From the NCBI GenBank assembly GCA_030390025.1, contig CM059432.1, forward strand, positions 50,222,001-50,286,000: 64,000 bases of DNA. The letters are read 5' to 3'. The notes beneath the pieces were generated by a model that saw only the letters and a list, made by a program, of their open reading frames with translations, did no database searches and was not told the origin of the DNA. How positions within the stretch are numbered: the stretch's first letter is position 1; every line of letters begins with the position of its first letter. This document shows positions 38,910 to 51,169 of the stretch, piece after piece. Both the position numbers and the translations under genes were made by a program. Source of the stretch: Squalus acanthias (taxonomy: Eukaryota).

Positions 38910-39643
38910 AGTGATTTGGAATATACAAGGCTAGGACCAGCTGAGATTGTGCAGTCAGAAAATTAAAAACCTTCACTTTCTGGATTCGCAAGGTGAATCT
39001 GATGGATGAGTACCGTTATATTAGAGATGCTGGGCATGCAACTGACTCCTGTTTCCCCAACATTCAACCACCAACTGGCCAGGAGCAATGTATAATTATA
39101 GACGGTACCTTAGGGCTGGATTTTAACAGCCCCGAGGAGGTGGGTTTGGAGGCGGCTCAGCTGCTAAAATCAGAAAAAATGGCTTCAGACCCCCAACCCG
39201 CCTCCATCCCGCCCCCACGCAATTTCAGTGAGTGTCTGTTCAGCTGCTCCCAAACTGACCCGACTCCAGCCGGTGGGACAGGTAGTTAAGGCAGTTAAGA
39301 GCCTGTTAATTGCTATTTTGATAGAGGTTTCCCATTTTTGTGCCTCTGGCTCCTGTTTCCCATCTTGTCAGAAACAGTCCAGCTGCAAGGAGACGAGTTG
39401 GTGGAGGACATGATCTGTAGTCATTATTGGTGCAGAACTTTAAAAACGCTCCTGTAACATGGCTGGCATTCAAATGCAACAACTTTGTTGTTGGAGGTTT
39501 GGGTTAAGATTTTGCAAATCTCCTGACCTTGTGATTGGTCAAGCTGACACACATCTGCTGTTTGAACTGATTGGAATAATTTCAGGCCACTTTGAGTGTG
39601 CGCTTGCAAGCTTCTTGCTTCAACTGAAATCTATAACAACGGG

Positions 39644-39872
39644 ATGAGAACCATTTACATCCTCTCATCCTGGTCGTCAGATTCGGAGGAAGAGCAGCGC
39701 GGCTTAGTGCTGCCGGATGAACAAGTGGCTCAGCACACAGCCTCCTTGGAGGATGAGGAGGAGGACAGGGAGTGACTGCCTTACGGGGACGGATGTGGCC
39801 AATCCAGCAGCAGGCGACCACATTGATGGCCGTCAGGCAAGGGATGCACTTATCCATGCCAGATTCACATGA
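39644..39872 (+). pseudogene. Transposase stump with an in-frame N/C junction
   Basis: MRTIYILSSWSSDSEEEQ|RGLVLPDEQVAQHTASLEDEEE..ARDALIHARFT*, compared with the full copy's ..[21 protein letters not shown]. Confidence 0.78.
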
Positions 39873-40598
39873 GCTTACACTTCAAACACAGGTGGCTGGC
39901 AGATGGAGATGAAGATAAAGTCAAGGTTCTTATCACACTATACATCATCTGTCCAATAAATGGTGCTTTCCGATCACTGTCACCACCATCATTATAAATG
40001 GAATTAGCCCTGAGCCCTCATTCTGCAACTTCCATTTCCCAGAACACATAGACCAGAACCTCAACTGCTTGCCATCACTTTTGTTTAATGACCTCACAAA
40101 AAGAGGACACTCAATAATTTACAGCACAATAAAACACCCATGTTTTACTTTAATTCTCCGCTCCACGCCCACTCAGGCCTCTTACATTGTTCCACTGAAG
40201 CTCAACGTAAGCTCAAGGAACAGCACCTCATCTTTCGATTAGGCACTTTACAGCCTTCTGGACTCAGCATAGAGTTCAACAATTTCAGATCATAACCTCG
40301 GCCCCTATCATATATATTTTTTTTCACACTTTTTTTCTGTTTGTGTTTTCTTTTCTTCTCTCCCACATGGCAGCTGTCTTTCATTCTGCCAGTGTAATTT
40401 ACACTTCATCTAGAGCCATCTTTTGTTTCTTAACCTGTCCCATTACCATCTCCTTTTGCCTTGAATATCTCTTAATGTCTCTTAACCTCTCCTGACTTCT
40501 ATCCTATCACAGACCTTCCCTTTTGTTCTTTCATCCCCTCCCCCCTTTCCCAGCTCCTACACTTGCTTAAAAGACTGTTCCATTTCCTGCTTTTTTCC

Positions 40599-40635
40599 AG
40601 TTCTGGCGAAAGGTCATCGACCTGAAACGTTAACT
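40599..40635 (+). ncRNA. Minimal type I hammerhead ribozyme motif with a core variant (CUGGCGA)
   Basis: agtt-CTGGCGA-a-aggtc(atc)gacct-GAAAC-GTT-aact. Confidence 0.6.
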
Positions 40636-40818
40636 CTGTTTCTCTCTTCACAGATGCTGCCTGACCTGCTGAGTATTTCCAGCATTTTCTGTTTTTATTT
40701 CAGATTTCCTGCATCTGCAGTATTTTCTTTTTGTATTAGTGTTTAATTCACTGCCACCTCTCTTCCAGGAATGCCCACCTTGAAGAAGTTCGGCTCTTCT
40801 CTCTGACGGGATTTCTGT

Positions 40819-43480
40819 TTGTCTCTTTTACCTTGTTCATCTTCATTGCTTTCTGTCTCCCTTCTCGTGTTTGATCAGGTATCTACCAAAACTTGCTTTC
40901 ACAGCCACATATCTTTCCTCAGCAACTGTCTCCGGCTCCAACTTACTCCACGTGGTTTCCAACTGAAATTCCACCCTTCGTGTTTTAGATCCACCCAGGA
41001 TTACAGATATCTCCAAGATATTCAGCATTCCTCGAACCACTGCTCTCGCCCTATCCTGAGATCCATGCTGAATGCCATGCGCCACCACATGAACACTCTC
41101 GACCTCTCTCTTCAGCAGCATCGACTCACTCTATCTCAAAGCTGTCCTGGTCTGCAGTTCCATTTCATCCTTCGCCTCATCCGGCGCTTTAACAAAAAAC
41201 TTTTTTTCTTCCTTTCAGGTGTCAAGGATCGCAAGCTTTAACAACTCTTGGACACCAACGCCCCTCCGGAACCTTCTTCCCCTTCGCTTTCCTCTGACCC
41301 CATCCCTTCTCCCAATCTCACCCCCTGCCGCGTTTTCACTATCCCCTCTGACCTTCCCCCCTCTGACCCCGAACGATCAGTCCTTTGCCAAGGCTTGAGC
41401 TTCATCCCCTTGCGCCCCCACCTCAATGAATTTCGAGTTCGGCATGATGCTGAGCTCTTTTTCTGCCGCCTTCGTCTCCGTGCCCACTTCTTTGGCCAGG
41501 AGTCTTCCCCACGCACAGCTGACCCTTTCTCTCGTTTTCAGAATTCTCATTCTACCTGGACCCCTCCCTCTGGCCTCTTACCCTCTCTAGATCTTTTCAT
41601 TGCAAACTGCCGGCGTGACATCGGCCGTCTCAATTTCGCTGCTCCCCTCACTCACTCCAACCTACCTCCTTCTGAACTTGCAGCACTCCATTCTCTCAGA
41701 TCCAACCCCAACATTGCCATTAAACCTGCTGACAAGGGTGGTGCTGTTGTTTTTCGGCGAACTGACCTCTACCTAGCGGAAGCTGAACGCCAACTCTCCG
41801 ACACCTCCTCCTACCTCCCCCTGGACATGACCCTACTACTGAACATCAAGCCACCGTTTCCAAGACTGTCACTGACCTCATCTCCTCTGGAGATCTTCCC
41901 TCCATGGCCGCCAACCTCATAGTTCCCCAACCCCGCACAGCCCGCTTCTACCTCCTCCCCAAGATCCACAAACAGGACTGCCCTGGTAGACCCATCATTT
42001 CAGCCTGTTCTTGCCCCACGGAACTTATCTCTTCCTATCTCAACTCTACTTTTTTCTCCCCTTGTCCAGTCTCTTCCCACCTACATCGGCGACTCTTCTG
42101 ACGCCCTCCGCCACTTTAACAGTTTCCAGTTTCCTGATCCCAACCACCTCCTTTTCACTATGGACGTACAATCCCTCTACACCTCCATCCCCCACCAGGA
42201 TGGCCTGAGGGCGCTCCGCTTCTTCCTTGAACAGAGGCCCAACCAGTCCCCATCCACCACCACCCTCCTCCGCCTGGCTGAACTTGTTCTCACATTGAAC
42301 AACTTCTCCTTTGACTCCACTCACTTCCTCCAAATCAAAGGTGTTGCTATGGGAACCCGAATGGGTCCTAGCTATGCCTGCCTTTTCTTGGGATCTGTGG
42401 AACATTCTTTGTTCCAGTCCTACTCAGGTCCCCTCCCTCACCTCTTTTTCCGGTATATTGATGACTGTATCGGTGCCGTTTCCTGAACTAGAAAATTTCA
42501 TTCACTTTGCTTCAATTTCCACCCTTCCCTCACCTTCACATGGTCCATCTCCGACTCTTCCCTTCCCTTCCTCGACTTCTCCGCCTCCATCTCTGGGATA
42601 GGCTATTGACAAACAATCACTACAAGCCCACTGACTCCCACAGCTACCTGGACTACACTTCCTCCCACCCCGCTTCCTGTAAGGACTCTATTCCATTCTC
42701 CCAGTTTCTCCGTCTCTGCCGCATCTGCTCTGACGATGCCACCTTCCATACCAGTGCTTCCGACATGTCTTCCTTTTTCCTCAACTGATGATTCCCCTCT
42801 ACTGTGGTTGACACGGTCCTTGACCATGTCCGTTCTATCTCCCGCACATCTGCCCTCACCCCTGCCCCTCCCTCCCCTTGTCCTCACCTTTCACCCCACC
42901 AGCCTCCACATTCAATGGATCAAACTCCGCCATTTCCGCCACCACCAGCATGATCCCACCACCAAACACATCTTCCCCTCACCTCCCCTTTCAGCATTCT
43001 GAAGGGGCCGCTCCCTCCTTGACACCCTGGTCCAATCCTCTATCACCCCCAACACCCCTTCCCCTTCGCCCGGCACCTTCCCGTGCAAGCGCAGGAGATG
43101 CAACACATGACCCTATACCTCCCCCCTTCCCACTGTCCAGGGCCCCAAACACCCCTTCCAGGTGAAACAGCGATTTACTTGTACTTCTTGCAATTTAGTA
43201 TACTGTATTCGCTGCTCACGATGTGGTCTCCTCTACATTGGGGAGACCAAACGCAGATTGGGTGACCGCTTTGCGGAACACCTCTGTTCAGTCCGTAAGG
43301 GGGACCCCGAGCTTCCGGTCGCCTGTCACTTTAATTCACCGCTCCACGCCCACTCAGACCTCACCGTCCTCGGCCTCTTACACTGTTCCACTGAAGCTCA
43401 ACCTAAGCTCGAGGAACAGCACCTCATCTTTCGATTAGGCACTTTACAGCCTTCTGGACTCAACACAATTTCAGATCATA
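40819..43480 (+). pseudogene. PLE reverse transcriptase / GIY-YIG endonuclease ORF, disrupted
   Basis: IKPADKGG, FYLLPKIHK, MDVQSLYTSIPH, GVAMGTRMGPSYA, RYIDD; Cys linker GTFPCKRRRCNT; NLVYCIRCSRCGLLYIGET. Confidence 0.92.
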
Positions 43481-43794
43481 ACCTCGGCCCCTATCATATA
43501 TATTTTTTTTCACACTATTTTTTTGTTTGTGTTTTCTTTTCTTCTCTCCCACATGGCAGCTGTCTTTCATTCTGCCAGTGTAATTTACACTTCATCTAGA
43601 GCCATCTTTTGTTTCTTAACCTGTCCCATTACCATCTCCTTTTGCCTTGAATATCTCTTAATGTCTCTTAATGTCTCTTAACCTCTCCTGCCTTCTATCC
43701 TATCACAGACCTTACCTTTTGTTCTTCCATCCCCTCCCCCCTTTCCCAGCTCCTACACTTGCTTAAAAGTCTGTTCCATTTCCTGCTTTTTTCC

Positions 43795-43831
43795 AGTTCT
43801 GATGAAAGGTCATCGACCTGAAACGTTAACT
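43795..43831 (+). ncRNA. Minimal type I hammerhead ribozyme motif with an intact core
   Basis: Stem I agtt/aact, CUGAUGA, stem II aggtc/gacct, GAAA, palindromic ACGU stem III, predicted GUU cleavage triplet. Confidence 0.8.
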
Positions 43832-43920
43832 CTGTTTCTCTCTTCACAGATGCTGCCTGACCTGCTGAGTATCTGCCAGCATTTTCTGTTTTTAAAACAC
43901 CCATGTGACTACCCTTGTGA

Positions 43921-45837
43921 CTATTTTTGTGTTAACTTCCTCTTACGTGTGCTTCTACGTGGTGCTTCCCCTGTGGCTGCAGCAGATGTAGAAGCACCTT
44001 GCTCACTTTGATGCTGCGTCTGCCTAGATGCCTTTGGCAGGCGTCCTCTGGGTTTGGGAGCTTGGGAGGGCTCCTCCACAGTCTGCTTGTCCTGTGGCTC
44101 TGCAGGGGCTGAGACATCTATCTCAGTTTGGTGTGGAATGTGGGGCTCTGACCGAGGGCTCCGCAGTGGCATGGTCATGTGAGTGCTTGGAGAGGAGCCC
44201 ACACTTCCTTGTTGCCTGCCACCAACTTCCCTCTCATGGGTCAGTCACACTTCAGTGCTAGCAAGTGGCTGGAGAGCACCTTGCTGCACATCAGGAGGAC
44301 CATGAGACCCGTCTCTGTACTGGCAGTCCTCATAAAGGAGACGTCCATGAAGCTCTGGTGTTTCTCCTCAATAGATGCCCATCTCTCCTCCATTGCAGAC
44401 AATCTATTTTGAAGAGTCACCATGTTTTCGTTAGTCTGGCGACTTATGTCCTCCATGGCAGGTTGCCACCCTCTCCATGGTGGAACGTTCATGCGCCATT
44501 GCCTCCACAAAGGCAGTGCTCATGTTAGAGATGGACTCCTCCATTCTCTGCACACTCGCAGTTACCCTGGATGCAAACCCTGTCAGAGACTCCTGCACTT
44601 TGTTCCTGGAGTTCCAGCACTGCTCTCTTTCTGGATGGCCCCAGAGGCACAGCGTCTACATGCAGCTGAGCAGAGCTAGGCGAGTCCTGCGACCTCCGAC
44701 GAGGACTCTCCACTGCTGACGCTGTCTCCACCATCTGCTGATGCTCACTTGTGAGCTGTGATACACCAGGTGACAACTCTACTCTATGTCGTGAAGGCCC
44801 CGTCGAGGTGTGCGTTGCTGCGCTGATGCTGGCTGCGCTGAGTCCTGGTGACGCTGCTCCCTCTGAGGGTCCAGGTTCCTCTGAGGAGTCATCCGGCTCT
44901 TCCTCCTGGGCAGTGAGGAGGGGGACTCTCGATGGTTCTGTGAGAGAGTAAAGGCATGAGTTAGACATCAGATTTTCAGATAGCAGACAAATCCTTTTGT
45001 GTAGATGATCAGAAGTCAATCTCTATGAGCATCATATGCCATTGCAGTCAATCATGAATTGTAAATGCGAGGGATGAAAATGCATTCTGTCACCAGCTTC
45101 CTCAAATGCGCCCGTCTCTCCTTCCCCCACTTCCAGCTCCTCGCCACCTCCCACTGATGTCGTGAGCAGCCTCCTCAGCGTTTGTTAATGTGGCCAGGGA
45201 TGGTGAGCCTCCTCCTGTCTTTGCTCTCTCCCTCTTATTGTGGGTTAGCTTTTCCTGCAAGGAGGGACACAAGTGGAGTTTCAGCGAGAGTGATGGAGTG
45301 ACTGTGAAGAATCCAAAACCTAGAAGCTTAGAGGGAGACCAAGATGGAGTGAGGTGGCAAGAGGAAGGAGCCTCCCTGTGCGTTGTTAGCTGTTGTCATT
45401 GCATAGCAGTGAGAGTGAGTGTGAGGGCTGCATAGTAGAATAGTGAAGTGATTCAGTACAGAGAGAGAGATAGAGAGGTAAGGGTGCAAGAGAAGTAAGG
45501 GTAAGGTGGGATGTGGAGGAGCAAGCTGACAATGCAGAGTGCTGGTGATGAGAAGAGAAGGGAAGTAGTTTGAAGGTAAGTGTGATGTGACACTCACTTT
45601 TGATGTTCGCAGAAGATCATTGAAGCGTTTTTGGCACTGGACCCAAGTGCGTGTACATAGCGACCTTGCGCTGACCTCCTCAGCAATATCTAGCCAGGCT
45701 GCCTTTGTCTGCTGAGGAGGCTTCCTCCAGCCACCGGGAGGGAACAGAATCTGCCTACGTCCTCTTACTCCCTGCACAAGAGCTTGCAGGGAGTCCTCAG
45801 TGAATCAGGGAGCAGCCTTGGATTTTGCAGCACTCAT
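43921..45837 (-). pseudogene. Myb-partner gene, subfamily A (exons 45837-45598, 45254-45094, 44937-43921)
   Basis: AAWLDIAEEVS..RTWVQCQKRFNDL; GT-AG sites; C-terminal PKPRGRLPK..RRSTRKRK. Confidence 0.85.
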
Positions 45838-46324
45838 GGTCACCTTGGACCATTCAAGCTGCAGCAGTAATGAGAAATGAGAGGCTGAGGCTACATGGAG
45901 CCCTTAAAAACAAGTGCAGCAAAGACCTCATCAGTGCAGACCAACAGACCCGCTCACAGTCAATGCAGCAGGCAGCGCGCATGACGGGACTAATTGGTCC
46001 AATTAAATCAAAATGGGACATCAGGTCGGCTGAAACCGGCAGCGGGTCCAAAACCCGCCCACCAGGCAGCCTGACTCCATCCCGCCTCCTCCATTAAAAT
46101 CGGGGCCTTAGTCTTAATTTCCATGAAGCATATGATGTGATTTTTCCATGTCATACAGATACCACCAATTCCAGGGACTACCAGAAGAGGGCTGATACTA
46201 GTCCCTGGGGCAGCAGTGGAAGGCCTGCTGAATCTCCACCTCCCTTTTAGCTATGAACTTGGGGGAGACCTCTGACTTCCTCCTCGTTCCACGCCTCCAT
46301 TGCAGCAATGTTCAGAATCTCGAG

Positions 46325-46935
46325 AGTTATAGAATCATAGAATCATAGAAAGTTACAGCACGGAAGGAGGCCATTTCGGCCCATCGTGTCCGTGCCGGCC
46401 AACAAAGAGCTATCCAGCCTAATCGCACTTCCCAGCTCTTGGTCCGCAGCCCTGCAGGTTACAGCATCCCAAGTGCACATCCAAGTACTTTTTAAATGTG
46501 GTAAGGGTTTCTGCCTCTACTGAGTTCCAGACCCCCACAACCCTCCGGATGAAGAAATTTCCCCTCAAATCCCCTCTAAACCTTCCACTAATTACTTTAA
46601 ATCTGTGCCCCCTGGTTTTTGACCCCTCTGCTAAGGGAAATAGGTCCTTTCTATCCACTTTATCTAGGCCCCTCATAATTTTATACGCCTCAATAAGGTC
46701 TCCCCTCAGTCCTCCTCTGTTCCAAGGAAAACAAACCCAGCCTATCCAGTCTTTCCTCATAGCTAAGATTCTCTACTCCCGGCAACATCCTTGTAAATCT
46801 CCTCTGTACCCTCTCTAGTGCAATCATGTCTTTCCTGTAATGTGGTGACCAGAACTGCACGCAGTACTCTAGCTGCGGCCTGACGAGTGTTTTATACAGT
46901 TGAAGCATAACCCCCCTGCTCTTGTATCTCGTCAT
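46325..46935 (-). mobile_element. CR1 LINE 3' fragment
   Basis: LVRPQLEYCVQFWSPHYRKD; (gattctat)n tail. Confidence 0.9.
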
Positions 46936-47238
46936 AAGGAATCAAACATTGCAGCTTTGGGTGATGCCCACCTCTCCAACCTGTCTGCATTCACTGGCGC
47001 AGATAGCAAAGGGACATATATTACAATGAGGAATGTGTCACCCAAGTGCCCAATCCAGCAGCCACCATATGTGAGTATGTTTACATGCAGCACGATTGGT
47101 GTTTGTTGCTTAACTTTAGAGATTACACAAACAGTTAGCAGAGTGCCCTGTGATGCTCCACCAAGCTTGCAGTGAAATGCTGTTAACATGTATTGCAAGG
47201 CAATATTCTAAAATGAAGCAAATGCTAACAGTACTTAC

Positions 47239-47886
47239 CTTGGCAACCTTCCTGAGACCAGCAAATTTCTTCCTCACCTGCTTCCAGGCTCAGTGCAGAG
47301 GGAGATAGCATCTAATCTTTTACATAGAATTACATAGAATGTACGGCACAGAAACAGGCCATCCAGCCCAACAGGTCAATGCCGGTGTTTATGCTCCACA
47401 CGAGCCTCCTCCCACCCTACTTCATCTAACCTTGTCAATATAACCTTCTATTCCTTTCTCCCTCATATATTTAAGGGGAAGCTATTGGCCTCAACTACTC
47501 CTTGTGGCAGTGAGTTCCACATTCTAGCCACTCTGGGTAAAGAAGTTCCTCCTGAATCCCTATTGGATCTATTAGTAACTCTCTTATATTTATGGCCTCT
47601 AGTTTTGGACTCCCCCACAAGTGAAAACATTTCTCTACATCTACCCTATCAAATCCTTTCATAATTGTAAAGACCTCTATCGGGTCACCCTCAATTGTCT
47701 CATTTCTAGAAATAAAGAGCCCCAGCCTGTTCAGTCTTTCCTGATAGGTATAACATATCTTTCTGCCATTTCCATCCAGGCTAGCCTGCTGCTGGTCTTC
47801 ACACAGCTCCAAAAACGAATCAGCCTTCGTTGTAAGACAGCAGGACCTGCTTCTTTCAATGGAGTAGTTCTCATTGCACGCCCATG
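47239..47886 (-). pseudogene. Highly decayed Myb-partner exon 1, split by a CR1 fragment
   Basis: ..SRLAWMEMAE (about 47760-47790), then WKQVRKKFAGLRKVAK|gtaagt ending at 47239. Confidence 0.55.
47320..47752 (-). mobile_element. Old CR1 3' fragment
   Basis: YQERLNRLGLF..IMKGFDRVDVEK; (ttctatgtaa) tail. Confidence 0.8.
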
Positions 47887-48996
47887 GCTCAAGTCATTTT
47901 GATGCCTCTTCAGTAGCAGAACAGCTTCAAGGGCAGCCAACAGCCCCTTAAGAGCTGATAGCGCTGGGTAACACGGTGCTAGATAGCATGTTCGTGGTGT
48001 CTCAACTTTCGCAGCACAGTATGCAGCACCAACAATTTAATTAAATGAGTTGACAATGCTTTTGAGCCCAAGGTCAGCTCATTTGCTATAGGCACTGCAG
48101 GACCTGAGCAGTAGCATTCCCATGGCCATGGAGAGTACATAATCAGCCCCATACACTTCTATCCTGTAAGCCACAAGAAAGGAAAATATAGCCCTTTGAC
48201 AGGCTAATGAGTTAATTTGGCTGCAGTGCACAAAATAATCAAATTTTGCCCTTCATCTGATTTTAATGAAGATGGGACAGATTATATGTATAATTTTGCT
48301 CAATAGAGTAATCAAAGCTGTGGATCGACAAATTCTGAGTGACATATATGCCCAAGCTCATTTTTAGTAATTAAATCTTTTTTTAAATCAGAATTAGTAA
48401 AGCATAATTGAATACAGAAATATACTGAATTGTAGAGTTGGGAGAAAGGTTGAGAAACTCACAAAGCTGCAGGGAACTTCATGATTACCAACTGCCCCTT
48501 TGTTGAACTTGATTTAAATCTTTTATCAGTCCGTGATTAGATGCCTTTAATGAGGCCTCCTATTTGCTAACCTCCATGTAGGATTGAACAATGATCACAT
48601 TAGCCTATGTCACTGCACATGCTGTGATTTGATCAATGGGAAGCTGATCTATATTTCAGGCTATTAGCTACACAGGATGGAAGTTGTCAAGTGTTATTGG
48701 AAAGAACAGAGGGCCTTGTCAGCTCAAAAGCCTATCTGTCAGATTATTTTGACAAAAATCAACCACCTTGGCTTTTTTCAGGTCTGAGGACCACAACAGA
48801 ACATTATTTTGTTTTTGAAGCTATGATTTTGTAATAGTTCATACTTGGAAACGTGCCCTAATTTTCAGAACTGGGCCTGCAGGTCTTCCGAGAAGACAAT
48901 TGTAGTTGAATTAATTATTTATATTTTAGAAACTGTAATCATAAGTTGTGCTTACTTGTAGCCAAACTGTTAACAGATCAGTAGTTCAAAGATAAT

Positions 48997-49759
48997 GGCC
49001 CAGAAATTCGACTCTTGTCGGGTGAGTACGCGCTGTGTACTCACCCGTAAGGCCACCTGAAGTGCCGGTTTCCTGCATGTACTGCGCATGCGCTGGAAAC
49101 CGGAACTTCCGTTCCCCTGAAGGAAGGGGTTCAGAAGTCGAACGCGAGCGCGGGAGAGGCAGCGCGCACGCAGCGAACTTCGGGTTTTTTTCAGGTTTCT
49201 CCGGGAGGGTAAGTATGGAGAAGCTGCACTTTTAAAAAGGAGGCACAAGGCCTGTTTTTAACAAGGTAAGTGGTTAATTAAGTAGAATTTAAACATTTTT
49301 TCAACAGGTTTATCTTTTTTTACATACTTTAAAGAAAGGTAAGTTTATTTTTAGCACCGTTAAAAAGTGTAATTAATTTTTTCAAAAATTTAATTTTTGT
49401 TTAAAGTAGTTAATTTATGTAATTTATAGCTATTTTAAAAATGTGATGTTTTTTTTAAATTTATTTGAAGTTTTAGAGTGGTTTTGGGGCCGATCTCTAT
49501 TCATAGATTTGACAGGTCTTCCTGTCAAATCTATGAATGAAAATTCCCTGCTCCGATTGGCTCTCCATTGCCCACGTGATCCCAGGGGACGCTTCGAACT
49601 AACTGCACCCCTGGGATATGCAAGCACTGCGCGCCGGCAGCTGCAGGAGGCCCAGGAGCCGAAGTCCTCGTGGGCCCGAAGCACAACGGCAGGCGTGGTA
49701 GGTAAGTACGCGCGTGATGCTTGCACCCGCAGGAAGCCAGAGAGCCAAATTTCTGGCCC
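48997..49759. mobile_element. 763-bp MITE, family X copy 2 (inverted)
   Basis: TIR ggcccagaaattcgactct / agagccaaatttctggccc; TSD AAT. Confidence 0.92.
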
Positions 49760-50422
49760 AATGTAAAATTTTGACTTTTATTTACCTATGTGGCCTTGAA
49801 GGTGCTGTAGTTTAATTCATATTATAATGTTGCTATGAAGTTATATTCAGTTCACAAAAGGTTGACTCCCAGAAACACACAAGCTATCTGGAATGTTGAT
49901 TAGGACCATTAGTTGGAATACCAAATGAAGTATTTATTAAAAATTGTATATTCTCACATATCAGTTCAAGACAATAAGGAGTTGTCCAGCACATCCTAAA
50001 ATATTGGCACTCAATGTTTGAATGGTTTTCATTCAAGACACCCAGCCGAGGGCTTGGCTCAACAGACAATGTAGTTGCCATAGTCTCCCACAATAAGGAG
50101 GAAGGTTCTCATTCAAGATAGCAACATTGATTGGTGGCCTGACAAGCCATTCCTCAACACACAGAGGAGTGAGTGAGGAATCAGAGATCAGTCTTTATCT
50201 GTCCATCCCCATCTTGGGACAAATTAGTCTTGAATAGTATGTATCTGCAAGAGTCAATGTAAGATAGCAAGGTCTCACTTCCTAAGGTTAGTGCCAGTCA
50301 GCTCAGAGACTGCTGAAATGTAAAGTGAGTTCAACCCATAACAAAGGACAAAGTTGCAAAATCTATAATTTTGATGGTCCAAGAAACAATAAGAAATAGC
50401 TCAACTTTGCCATGAAAACAAT

Positions 50423-51169
50423 GGCCCAGATTTTGCAGTAGCAGGGCATCTAATGGTGTCTGCCATTAGTTAGACTTGTCCTTGCACGTTTAGGTTTTAC
50501 AGTTTTTGTGTGGCAAGTTGCTGGAAGTGCGAGCTGATAACGGTGCAGCGAGGGAAACAGGGTATCTGGGACCTGAGTGAGCAGGGCAAGCAACTGTGTG
50601 TCTCCTTAGCCAATCAGATTTGAAGGATTTTGAAATAACCAGTGCAATAACAGTGTAAATCAGGGTGGATGAATTCTATGTCAAATCAGGTACAGAAAGA
50701 GAAATAAAGAGAGGGAAATAAAAATGGGATTAAGAGAGAAAAAAGAAACAGAAAGGAATAGTAAAATGAAAATTTTAAATGTTACATTTTAAAAACAACA
50801 ATTAGTACCTGAAGGAATGAGACTCCACACGAGTAACAGTTAATTTTCAGTGCCAGAGAAGTTGATTGGTAGTAATTAACAGTTATCATGTTGTTAAAAG
50901 TGTACTTAGACTTGAAATAACAAGACTTAACTTTCTGTGGCGAGTTTGGTTTGTATCTATCACGCCATTCAATGCTTTTCAATGATGAGTCAGACAGCGA
51001 GATGCCATTTTCGCGAAGCTAACAGCAGAGCGGCGCAACTCGGACAGCAACTTTTGGATATCCGTGTTGAACCATGCATTTGTCCCTCGCCTGAAGTTGC
51101 TGTGCCATTTGCACATAAATAACAGCATGCCATTAGCCTCACCATTATTTTGACAGCAAAATCTGGCCC
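50423..51169. mobile_element. MITE, family Y
   Basis: TIR ggcccagattttgc / gcaaaatctggccc; flanks aat/agt. Confidence 0.8.

Larger units (their letters stand above)
40144..43892 (+). mobile_element. Penelope-like retroelement (Neptune-type) with pseudo-LTRs
   Basis: 14-bp TSD taaaacacccatgt (40130-40143, 43893-43906). Direct repeats at about 40147-40697 and 43328-43893. RT and GIY-YIG coding remnants. Confidence 0.95.
39113..46107. mobile_element. Non-autonomous Harbinger (transposase core deleted, Myb retained) hosting a Penelope insertion
   Basis: Ends gggctggattttaa / ttaaaatcggggcc with canonical TSD TTA (39110-39112, 46108-46110). Confidence 0.88.
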
